NCBI GenBank assembly: GCA_964580995.1
Contig: CAZOMV010000014.1
Coordinates: 1,306 to 65,305 of the forward strand
DNA: 64,000 bases
DNA from: an uncultured Pirellulales bacterium
GTDB lineage: Bacteria; Planctomycetota; Phycisphaerae; Sedimentisphaerales; SM23-30
Direction of reading: 5' to 3'
Shown: piece after piece, positions 8,492 through 17,224 of the stretch
Layout of the letters: every line of letters starts with the position of its first letter
Numbering within the stretch: position 1 is the first letter of the stretch
Translations under genes and position numbers: made by a program
The notes under the pieces: model-generated
The model's database searches: none
What the model was told of the DNA's origin: nothing
The model's input: only the letters and a program-made list of their open reading frames with translations

Positions 8492-9997
8492 GTGACAACA
8501 AAGAGCAGGCTGCGGAATTGGATTGTTTCTCTGATCGTCTTTTCTTTTTGTGCCCTCCCGGTTCAGGGGAAGATCACCATCGGGGCCTGGGAACCCCTTT
8601 TTAAGGGAATCGAGCATGCCCAGGGGTCGGCGGACGAAGCGGAAGTGCGTTTGCAGAAAGTCAATGCCCTGCGGGTGGACCTGACCGATCCGGATATTTC
8701 GTTCATCGCCACCGGTTCCAACGGCGATTTATCGGGCGAAACGACCCGCCAGACCGGCAGTCAATTTGTCACCTCGTATGGCGTGCAGGCCGCCGTGAAC
8801 GCCCACTTTTACAGCAGTGCGGGCAGCGGGCAGGCGGATTTGCTGGGGCTTTGTGTCAGTGAAGGGCAAGTGGTTTCGTCTCCCAACGGGAATATGGCTT
8901 TGTTAATCACCCAGCAGAATAGTGTTCGTTTTGAAACGGCCGCTGCCGGAATGAATTTGACGGGTGTGTGGACCGCCATCGAAACCTGGCCCTATATCCT
9001 GGGAAATGGCGTTTCGTATGGTTCCGATGACGATGTGCACCCGCGTTCCGCCGTCGGGATTTCCCAGAATAACCGGTATTTGATTCTGATCACCATCGAC
9101 GGCCGGCAGACCGGATACAGCGCAGGGGCGACCCTGAACGAAACGGCACAGTGGCTGATGCGTTTTGGCGCCTACAACGGCCTGAACCTGGATGGTGGCG
9201 GTTCCACGCATATGTGGGTCTCCGACGGCGCCGGCGGCGCGGCCGTCCTGAACAGCCCTTCGGAAAACCGCTCCGTCGGAAGCCACCTGGGGATCTATGC
9301 GGCCCCGCTGCCTCCTGCCCCTTATTTTGTCTATGCCGACTTCGAAGGCGGCCTGGAGGGTCCGTTTTATCAGACCCTGGGCTATTCCGGCAGCACCACC
9401 GGGATCGACGAGGCGGCTTCTACCGCCGAACCGGTCAGCACGGAACATGCGGCGGGCGCCTGGTCCCAGAAACTGACGGTGGTCGATGACCCGGCCATAA
9501 GCGGCGGCTGGAAGGTCCGCCATCTGAGCGCCACGGCCTCCCGTTCGGGCAATACCATCCGCCCGACCACCGGCTGGGTCGGCTTTTGGGCCAAAACCTC
9601 CGCCGCCGGTGTGGATGTAACCCTGGCCATCGACAACACCAGCAATGTCACCGCCGACCTGGGCGTTCGGCAGGCCATGCCGGCGGATGGCAAATGGCAC
9701 CTGTATCAATGGCACCTGGAAAATGACGACCACTGGGAGGGCTGGTATAACGGGGATGGAATCATCGACACCCCGGATTTCACCCTGGACTCCCTCCAGT
9801 TTTTCGGTCCGGATACGGATGCGATTATTTATATCGATACCGTCAGCCACAACAGCGGGGATTCGCTCGGCTGTTTTGAAGAGATGGCGGGCGACCTGAA
9901 CGAAGACTGCCGGACGGATATCGAAGACCTGGTGTTATTTGCCCAGAACTGGCTTGCCTGCAATGATCCGGGCAATGCCCGGTGTTTTACTCCTTGA
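8492..9997 (+). CDS. Secreted phosphodiester glycosidase (NAGPA) family protein with C-terminal half-dockerin tail
   Basis: AAVNAHFY, HPRSAVG, IDGRQ..YS.G, LNLDGGGST motifs; AGGAGG RBS before GTG 8492; tail GDLNEDCRTDIEDL...WLACNDP. Confidence 0.85.
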   Translation: MTTKSRLRNWIVSLIVFSFCALPVQGKITIGAWEPLFKGIEHAQGSADEAEVRLQKVNALRVDLTDPDISFIATGSNGDLSGETTRQTGSQFVTSYGVQAAVNAHFYSSAGSGQADLLGLCVSEGQVVSSPNGNMALLITQQNSVRFETAAAGMNLTGVWTAIETWPYILGNGVSYGSDDDVHPRSAVGISQNNRYLILITIDGRQTGYSAGATLNETAQWLMRFGAYNGLNLDGGGSTHMWVSDGAGGAAVLNSPSENRSVGSHLGIYAAPLPPAPYFVYADFEGGLEGPFYQTLGYSGSTTGIDEAASTAEPVSTEHAAGAWSQKLTVVDDPAISGGWKVRHLSATASRSGNTIRPTTGWVGFWAKTSAAGVDVTLAIDNTSNVTADLGVRQAMPADGKWHLYQWHLENDDHWEGWYNGDGIIDTPDFTLDSLQFFGPDTDAIIYIDTVSHNSGDSLGCFEEMAGDLNEDCRTDIEDLVLFAQNWLACNDPGNARCFTP

Positions 9998-10058
9998 TGA
10001 GCAACAGAATGAAAATTCCGATTCTCGCACAGGCGGACCGGGAAAACCGTTCCGGTTC

Positions 10059-11414
10059 CTATAGTGACCGGAACCGCTGGCAGATATTGTCAATATGGTC
10101 CAGCCCCAGCCAGAGTTCCAGAAACAGATTCTCCACCGCGTATTTATGTTCCGTCTGGCCGGGCAGATTCTGGCATTTCGGCCGGCTGACCTGATCCACC
10201 AGCAACGGAATCAGCGGTTCGGGCAGATTCTGGGCGGCGAACGTCTCCGCTTGCAAAAGATCCTCGCGAACCGGCAGGAGGCTGGAGATTTTGGTTAACA
10301 TCCTCTGGGTGTTGATGCTGATCAGATTGATGAGAAAATCCTGTACGGATTGCGGGTTCTCCATCCCGGGCATCACCACCGCCATCAAACCGCCGGTTAA
10401 CAGGGTATCGGCCGGCGGGTTGGGTAAAAGACCCACGTGCAGAGCATGCCCCAGGCTTTGCTGGTAGAGTTGATACTGGTCGTATCCGTCCAGGGCCATC
10501 GCGCAGCGATGCTGGGCAAAGAGATTGATTTGTTCCACCTTTGCCAGAATGGGGGATACCTTCAACGTATGAAGCAGGTCGGACATCAACCGCAGCGCCG
10601 GCTCAAAAACGGCCGTATCCTGCGCATGGATGTGCCCGTTCTTTTGATAGAGATCGATGCCCCGATGCGCCATAATGGCAGCGAGATGTTCAAACACCGG
10701 CCGGAACTGGAACCCGTAATTCCCGCCGAAGGTTAATCGCTGCGCGAGGTTCTGGAAATAGCCCCAGCCCCAGTTCGGTTCCGGCATGGCGATCTGGGCA
10801 TCACGGAACCGGGCTTCATTCAGGTATAACAGCATAGGCCAAAAGGCCAGCGGAACCCCTGACAGGGATCCCTCTTCCGTGCACAGATTCAACAGCGCCG
10901 CGGGAATCCGGGCTTCCTGGACCAACGCCGGCGGCAGGGGGGTATAGTAACTCTTTTGATGGCGGAAACAATGGGCGTATTCCAGACCGCAGATCATCAA
11001 GTCCACCGCCGAGGTGGTTTGCGAGATCAGCCGCTGGATCGAGTCACCCTGCTGCAGGTCGAACAATTGTAACTGGCTGCGGGGCGGCAGAATATGCATC
11101 TCACTGAACCGGTGAAACAAATTCATGATATGCGGGCTGCTGCAGGCGATGCGCAGTGAGGGCGTAATATCCCTGCGTATGGTGACAATCGCGCTGCGCC
11201 GTTCCCGGCGTGAAATCAAACCCGTTTGCTCCAGATGCTGCAAAGCCGTCCGGACCGTAGCCCTGGATGCCTGGAAACGGCGGGCGATTTGCCGTTCAGA
11301 TGGTAATTTTTCCCCAGGTTTCAGCTTCCCGTTGCGAACCTGACCGGATAATTCTTCTGCAATACGCCGGTGCATCGGCACATCCTGGACATCGATAGGA
11401 GCGGAGTCATTCAT
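10059..11414 (-). CDS. GntR-family wHTH regulator fused to a sugar-binding SBP-like domain
   Basis: N-term LKPGEKLPSERQIARRFQASRATVRTALQHLE; C-term SBP_bac_1-like (GVP....MLLYLN..F......P...W.W..F..LA..LT, F...RCAM). Confidence 0.85.
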   Translation of the reverse strand: MNDSAPIDVQDVPMHRRIAEELSGQVRNGKLKPGEKLPSERQIARRFQASRATVRTALQHLEQTGLISRRERRSAIVTIRRDITPSLRIACSSPHIMNLFHRFSEMHILPPRSQLQLFDLQQGDSIQRLISQTTSAVDLMICGLEYAHCFRHQKSYYTPLPPALVQEARIPAALLNLCTEEGSLSGVPLAFWPMLLYLNEARFRDAQIAMPEPNWGWGYFQNLAQRLTFGGNYGFQFRPVFEHLAAIMAHRGIDLYQKNGHIHAQDTAVFEPALRLMSDLLHTLKVSPILAKVEQINLFAQHRCAMALDGYDQYQLYQQSLGHALHVGLLPNPPADTLLTGGLMAVVMPGMENPQSVQDFLINLISINTQRMLTKISSLLPVREDLLQAETFAAQNLPEPLIPLLVDQVSRPKCQNLPGQTEHKYAVENLFLELWLGLDHIDNICQRFRSL

Positions 11415-11604
11415 GATAAGTCTCCCCCTGGTACATAACCAGGTGTTTGTTAAAACCTTTCTTTAACCTCATTTGTTTCTTGAAAAGGGCTTCTGCTACA
11501 AGCCCAACTACTCACGAAATGAATCTGCGTATTCATCTTTCATTATACACCTGGGCGCGGAAAAAATCAAATAAATATTTTATATCTCTTCTTTGATGGA
11601 AACA

Positions 11605-11683
11605 CCAAAAGTCGATATTAACTTCCAAAAACGGCTCTGGCTCCCCCATAACAAGGGGACGACGAGTTTTTGACGCTGGCGTC
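11605..11683 (+). repeat. Dispersed 79-bp repeat, copy 1
   Basis: 74/79 identical to 53277-53355 (aligned by eye). Confidence 0.9.
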
Positions 11684-11906
11684 TTCTTTCGCCCGATTTT
11701 CGGTGCCCGGTATCCTCTGGAAAACGCCCGGATCCCATCTGGGGGTACATATAATAAGGGACCTACAAAAAGGTGTCGTATCTAACTGCTTTGTTACCAA
11801 ATTATTACGATTTAATCAATTTTTTCTTCATTCTTTATCCATTGGTAAACTATAATACGGATAGGTCGAAAAATAGACATGGTTTAAGGTGATAAGGAAT
11901 TGGTAT

Positions 11907-12143
11907 ATGCCGATTTACGAATTTGTATGTGAAAAGTGCGGAACCCGTTTTGAGCATTTGACTGCGAGCATGAGCGACCAAACCGCACCGCCGTGCCCTT
12001 CCTGCCGGGGTAAAACCCGCCGGCAGGTCAGCGTATTCTCAGCCCATGCCAATAAAGGGGCCGGGGCCTGCGGCATTCCCGAAAATGCCTGCCAGATCAA
12101 TCCCGGCGGCTGCTGCGGCGGCAGTTGCCCCCATTCGCATTAA
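11907..12143 (+). CDS. FmdB family zinc-ribbon protein
   Basis: MPIYEFVCEKCG..FE...CPSC..., Cys/Gly-rich tail. Confidence 0.9.
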   Translation: MPIYEFVCEKCGTRFEHLTASMSDQTAPPCPSCRGKTRRQVSVFSAHANKGAGACGIPENACQINPGGCCGGSCPHSH

Positions 12144-12171
12144 TGGCCGGCTCCTTTCCGGGCAGGCGTAT

Positions 12172-13512
12172 TTATCGGCTCATCAGCCAGTGTTCCGCCA
12201 GACGGGCCACATCCGCCAGGTCCACGTCGCCATCCCCGTCGGTATCGCCCGGCAGCGGGGCCACATCAATAGAGACCATGGTCGTCGAGTCTGCAATCGC
12301 CTCGGCATACTCGGTTGGGACCGTCGCCTCGGCCTCGTTGATTAGCAGCATATTTACCCCATAAGGAACATTATATTCCAGGCCGCCGTTAGGAAGCTCC
12401 GCCAGGTCTAAGATCTCTTCGTTTTTGCCGAAATAGGTGTTATTACATCCTTCCGCCTGCAGAACCCACACTCCTTTTTGTTCGAGCGGATCCATTTGTA
12501 CAATCAGAAGCTGGGCCATGCTCCAGCCGCGGGCCTGGCCCTCCATATCCGATCCGAATACGGAATAATCATGGCTGAACGTCATCCGAAAGGTATCGGA
12601 CGGAATCGGCCCGCTGCCTTCCGGGCCATAGAGAGTGAATGCAAAATTGTAAAAGGATGATACCTTGCTGATCCCAAAGACCGGCGAATCGGGCCATTCC
12701 ACATCGAAGCGGGCCGTGTTGCGCACCTGCCGGATACCCGCGGCGCCCGTGGCCTGGGCCAGAACCTGACAGGAAAACTGCTCCGGATATTTCTGGTCAA
12801 TCGAAAGATAAATGGGATCCGTGCCGCTGGAGTTGTTATTGGTTTGGTGCATGATTTCATAGAACTCTTCCGGATTTTCCTCCACGCATTGATAGGCGAC
12901 AAAGTTCGGTTCGACATAGAACTGCTGCTGATTCAGATCATAGAGCACCCCATAGGCAAGAACCTGGGCGGAGCCGGATTCCGGCGTCACGCCGTTGTAT
13001 GACTGGATGGGGCCATTCACCCAATAGGCCGCATCGGACCGCCAGGAAAAATAATCAGGGGATCCGATCTGACTTTTCTCGATGGTTATCTTGACCAGGT
13101 TGTCCGCCACCTGCACGGTTCCCAGACCTCCGCCGCTCATCGCACCCACCACATCCACAAAGCCGCCTGCCCAGTCGGGATTATTTGAGACCACCACCCG
13201 TACATTGAAATCATTGCCGGCCCAGCTCTGGCCGGTATTGGGATTGTTATCCGCATCCACCAGCCAGATGTAGGTCATCCCCGTGTTAGGATCCGGAAAA
13301 TCATCCGGGTTCGGGACATTGCCGCGCAGTTCCAGGACGAAGGTCAGGGAACTGCCCTCCTTTTCCACCCAGGCGGAGGTGAGATCCACAAAGGCATCCA
13401 CGCCCGGCTGCTCCGGATCGCTAAGCTGCCCGATGATTTCACCGCCGAAAGAGACCACGGAACCAAACAGCACCAAAGACACAAGCACCCAAAAAGAGAA
13501 TAACGGTTTCAT
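12172..13512 (-). CDS. Secreted hypothetical protein with C-terminal dockerin-like EF-hand
   Basis: Signal peptide; tail GDTDGDGDVDLADVARLAEHWL. Confidence 0.8.
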   Translation of the reverse strand: MKPLFSFWVLVSLVLFGSVVSFGGEIIGQLSDPEQPGVDAFVDLTSAWVEKEGSSLTFVLELRGNVPNPDDFPDPNTGMTYIWLVDADNNPNTGQSWAGNDFNVRVVVSNNPDWAGGFVDVVGAMSGGGLGTVQVADNLVKITIEKSQIGSPDYFSWRSDAAYWVNGPIQSYNGVTPESGSAQVLAYGVLYDLNQQQFYVEPNFVAYQCVEENPEEFYEIMHQTNNNSSGTDPIYLSIDQKYPEQFSCQVLAQATGAAGIRQVRNTARFDVEWPDSPVFGISKVSSFYNFAFTLYGPEGSGPIPSDTFRMTFSHDYSVFGSDMEGQARGWSMAQLLIVQMDPLEQKGVWVLQAEGCNNTYFGKNEEILDLAELPNGGLEYNVPYGVNMLLINEAEATVPTEYAEAIADSTTMVSIDVAPLPGDTDGDGDVDLADVARLAEHWLMSR

Positions 13513-13712
13513 ATCTTCCTTCCTTTTCTTTCAGTCACTTCTCCCATAAAGGGATGTTAATACTTATTTTACCGCAAATTCACCGGATGGTTAAGCCATT
13601 CTGGATGAAGAGAACTGCGGATATGTGAAGATATTCTACTGGAAAATAGCTGTTTTGGCAAGAAAAATCTGCCCATTTTCACCTGAACTGGCGGCAAGAT
13701 CCTCCAGGAAAA

Positions 13713-14837
13713 TTAGTCCAGATACCCCTCCATCAGGACATCGTTCTCGAAAACCCGAATCTGCACATCGGCCAGTGGATCCAGGGAGCGGGAAAGATCA
13801 AGCCCTGGTACATCAGGGTGATCGCCGATAATGACAGGGGCAATATAGGTCATGATTTGATCGGCCAGTTTTTCCCGCAGGAAGCCGCCCAGCACGGTGG
13901 GGCCGCCTTCGACCAGGAGGTCGGTGATCCCGCGCCGGCCCAGGTTGTCCAGCACCGCCGGCAGGCTGATTCGTCCCTCTTTTTCCGGCATTTCCACCAC
14001 CTCGCAGCCCTGATCGACCAGCGTCCAGACCTTGTCCCGCTGATGGTGAACCTCGGTGGCTAGGGCATAGACGATGACCGGCTGCTGGCGGGCGGTGCGA
14101 ACCAGTTGGCAGGCGGGCGGGATCCGCAGGTGGCTGTCGAGGATGGCCCGGATAGGCTGGGGTCTGGCTCGGGCCAGGCGCACGTTCAGCATCGGGTCGT
14201 CTGCCAGAACGGTTCCGATCCCCACCAGGACCGCTCCGCATTGGCTGCGGATTTGGTGGACATGGGCACGGGATTTTTCATTGGTGAGCCAGCGATTTTC
14301 AGAGCCGGCGGGCCAGGCGAGTTTGCCGTCGATGCTTTCCGCCCATTTCAGGATCACCTGCGGTCGGCCGGTTTTTTGGTGCTTGAAAAAGCCGGCGTTG
14401 AGCCGCCGGGCCTGGTGTTCACAGCAGCCGGTGATTACCCGGACACCGTGCTGCCGGAGCTGGTCAGCGCCTTTCCCGTCCACCAGGGCACAGTCGTCCA
14501 GGGTGGCGATTTCCACCGCCGCGATGCGGGCCTTTAGTATGGCCTCGGTGCAGGGTGGGGTTTTCCCATAATGGCAGCAGGGTTCGAGGGTGACAAAGAG
14601 GGTGGAGCCGGCTGGATCGTAACCATTTTTCAGGCAGTTGGTTATGGCGTTCACTTCCGCATGGGCCTGGCCGAATTTCTTATGCCAGCCCTTACCGATT
14701 ACCTTGCCATCTTTCACGAGAACCGCCCCGACCAGCGGATTGGGGGCGACGAAACCGGCGCCTTTCCGCGCCAGCCGCAGGGCCTGCTGCATGAATCTCT
14801 CTCGTTCTTTATCTTCCATGATGCCTTTGCTGGTCAT
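13713..14837 (-). CDS. ribD: Riboflavin biosynthesis bifunctional deaminase/reductase
   Basis: PNPLVGA, HAE, TLEPCCHYGKTPPC, KWAESIDGK, DDPML, LLVEGG. Confidence 0.96.
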   Translation of the reverse strand: MTSKGIMEDKERERFMQQALRLARKGAGFVAPNPLVGAVLVKDGKVIGKGWHKKFGQAHAEVNAITNCLKNGYDPAGSTLFVTLEPCCHYGKTPPCTEAILKARIAAVEIATLDDCALVDGKGADQLRQHGVRVITGCCEHQARRLNAGFFKHQKTGRPQVILKWAESIDGKLAWPAGSENRWLTNEKSRAHVHQIRSQCGAVLVGIGTVLADDPMLNVRLARARPQPIRAILDSHLRIPPACQLVRTARQQPVIVYALATEVHHQRDKVWTLVDQGCEVVEMPEKEGRISLPAVLDNLGRRGITDLLVEGGPTVLGGFLREKLADQIMTYIAPVIIGDHPDVPGLDLSRSLDPLADVQIRVFENDVLMEGYLD

Positions 14838-15025
14838 TTCTGGATTGTATGGGCCCGCAGGAACTTTTCAATGAAAATAAAATCCGTTTGGGTGGCCGGA
14901 AGAAGTGGAAAATCGGTGAGAATTTAAAATAGGGACATGAATAAGGGAGGCAGGAGAGGGATAGGATAACGGGCCGCATTATGTAAAACAATTTTCCTTC
15001 TGTCGGAGGAATGGCAGCCATGCGG

Positions 15026-15042
15026 ACACACACACACACACA
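15026..15042. repeat. (AC)8A microsatellite
   Basis: acacacacacacacaca seen directly. Confidence 0.9.
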
Positions 15043-15148
15043 TCCTCTCCTGCCCCCAAGCTGGCGATAACAACTACCACGCTCGCCACGATACGAATAT
15101 CGTACACCAGCGAAACTTCCTTAGCCCAGGAGCACTTCTGCCCAGGGC

Positions 15149-16759
15149 TTACCTGGGTTCAACCAGGGTGCATTGGAGCCATGCTTCGGCAAAATAGGCA
15201 AAATCTTCCAGGTTCACGCAGCAATCGTGGTTGAAGTCCTGGGGCAGAAATTCCGTGCAGAGCGGCGGTTTCAACTCGCCGAGATAATTTTCGCCTTGCG
15301 GATAGGGCAGTCGTCCGTCCCAGTCCAGGGCGATCACGATACCTCCCGCCTGATCCAGCGGGATCATATCCGGCATGCGGGTTATCCACCGATTAAATTG
15401 CCAGAGGTCCCCGGCTTCGAGATAGCCGTAGCTGTGGCCAAACCGTAGGTTGCCCACGTAATACCCCATGGGTTCCACCGTTGCCAATTTGAACTCATGT
15501 TGTTCGGGATTTTCCATGAAATCATATTCATGCAGTAGGCGATATTCCCCCACGACCGTAGGTCCGGCTGGATCTTTCGGATCGATCAGGTCAAAGCTGC
15601 CCACGACATAGCCGCCGGTCATGTTCGGTTGCTCACGGACCACGGGAGTGAAAATCTCCCACCGGAACCAGGGGAATGGTTTAAAGATCGAAGGATAGGT
15701 AAAATATACGTCCCGATAGGTGATGGCATTCCAGTGGGGCACGACGAACTCCGTGGTGATGGTTACCCAGGTGCAATAGGGGACTTGATTATCCTTAAGG
15801 TCCCAGTCCACCTTGAGTTCCCGGGGAGGTGTGGCATTTTCTTCGATCTTCGGTTCGTTCCCCGTCGCCCAGTCGATGGTGGTCTTGTAACTGAGGATAT
15901 CCACGTCCGTTCCCACTCGGTAATGCAGATCCGTTGCATTCACTTCCGGATTGTGCTGATGAATCCGGTAGCTGCCCACCACTTTCTGGGTCAAGGTGTG
16001 GTCTCCGGGATTATCCGTCGGACACAGAGTAACGATGTGCTTGAGGAAAGGATGGTTGGTGCTGTAATTCATGTACCATCCATTTCCCTCATCGAACCCT
16101 GCCGGATTGGGATTGGTGTATAGGTCATAGGTATAGGTCTGGACATCCCCGCCCGTGTCCCGATCGGAATCGACGACGATAACCGCCGAGGGATTGCCCG
16201 TCAGATTGGCCTCCCCGCCGCTGTCGCCCCAGCAGGTGATGGCATGGCCTCCCGATGCACTTCCGCCGCTGCTGGTCCGCGGCCAACTGATACTCAGGCC
16301 CAGAAACTCACACCGGCGCAGCTCGTTGCCGATGTAGCGTGCCCCATTGCTGTTGGCCCAGGGGACCCTGGTCTTGTTCCCATAGACCGTGACGATATCA
16401 TACGGATTGGCGGCCCAGGTGTTGTTGGCGGATGCCAGCCACCAGGTGAGGGCCGTATCCGTCCATCCGCCGCTGCCGGTACCGTAATGGGCCACCAGGT
16501 CGTTATAAATATCATCCGCCCGCTCCTGTACGGTTTTCCCGTTTCCATACCCGGCCCCGGCCAGCATATTGGCCGCGGTGGCCAGCCAGCACGTGGGAGT
16601 TCCGGTATCACCGTGGGCCGCCTTATCCACATCCGGAGGCGGATCCATCTTGAGCCAGTCAGCCCAGGCATTGCCGGCACTAAAGGCCAATGCCCACGCC
16701 AGTATCAGGAAAACACCGATTCTGGCCCCCACAAGTCCAAGTTTTGCCCTCTTTCTCAT
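15149..16759 (-). CDS. Secreted papain-fold cysteine protease (IdeS/Mac-like) with half-dockerin tail
   Basis: TCWLATAANML (catalytic Cys), GGHAITCWG (His), VVDSD; AGGAGG RBS before ATG 16759; tail DFNHDCCVNLEDFAYFAEAWLQC. Confidence 0.7.
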   Translation of the reverse strand: MRKRAKLGLVGARIGVFLILAWALAFSAGNAWADWLKMDPPPDVDKAAHGDTGTPTCWLATAANMLAGAGYGNGKTVQERADDIYNDLVAHYGTGSGGWTDTALTWWLASANNTWAANPYDIVTVYGNKTRVPWANSNGARYIGNELRRCEFLGLSISWPRTSSGGSASGGHAITCWGDSGGEANLTGNPSAVIVVDSDRDTGGDVQTYTYDLYTNPNPAGFDEGNGWYMNYSTNHPFLKHIVTLCPTDNPGDHTLTQKVVGSYRIHQHNPEVNATDLHYRVGTDVDILSYKTTIDWATGNEPKIEENATPPRELKVDWDLKDNQVPYCTWVTITTEFVVPHWNAITYRDVYFTYPSIFKPFPWFRWEIFTPVVREQPNMTGGYVVGSFDLIDPKDPAGPTVVGEYRLLHEYDFMENPEQHEFKLATVEPMGYYVGNLRFGHSYGYLEAGDLWQFNRWITRMPDMIPLDQAGGIVIALDWDGRLPYPQGENYLGELKPPLCTEFLPQDFNHDCCVNLEDFAYFAEAWLQCTLVEPR

Positions 16760-17224
16760 GGCAAGACCTCCTTTCAACAAAAGATCTACTCCCCGCATTA
16801 ACAATAACTTAGAAAAACAACTTACTTTTCTGGTTCGGATTTGCAAAACTTCAGTTACAATATAGATCTGCTCTCGATAGATATAGGAATTATACCCCAC
16901 GGGGCAGGATAAGGCAACTCCAAAAATCCTCCCGTAAAGGTTTTTGGGGGAAAGTCGGCCTCTCAACACAGCGACTGCACAGGACCTTTTTCCCCCTAAT
17001 ATCAGGCAGCCATAACAACCGCCGCTATTACGAAAATCTCCTCGCCGGCCCCATGCATTTGACTCATGACGGTTTAACCATTGCTATGGAACAAAGGAAG
17101 TACGTTTTTTTATCATTGCGGTAGCTCCTGTTTTTTCTTGCTTTTTCCCATTATTTCTGTCATACTACTTTTTTATGAATTTATACATGAATGCTCGGTT
17201 ATTGCCCAAAGGCAGGAGGTTATT

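Noticed and set aside
11638-11660. tRNA 3'-end attachment site suggested by TGGCTCCCC
   Set aside because: Not followed by a T-arm (no TTCGA complement) and no integrase nearby
14838-15148. FMN riboswitch upstream of ribD
   Set aside because: No RFN conserved blocks (AGGGCGGGGTG.AA.TCCC, AGTCCGGATG) on either strand
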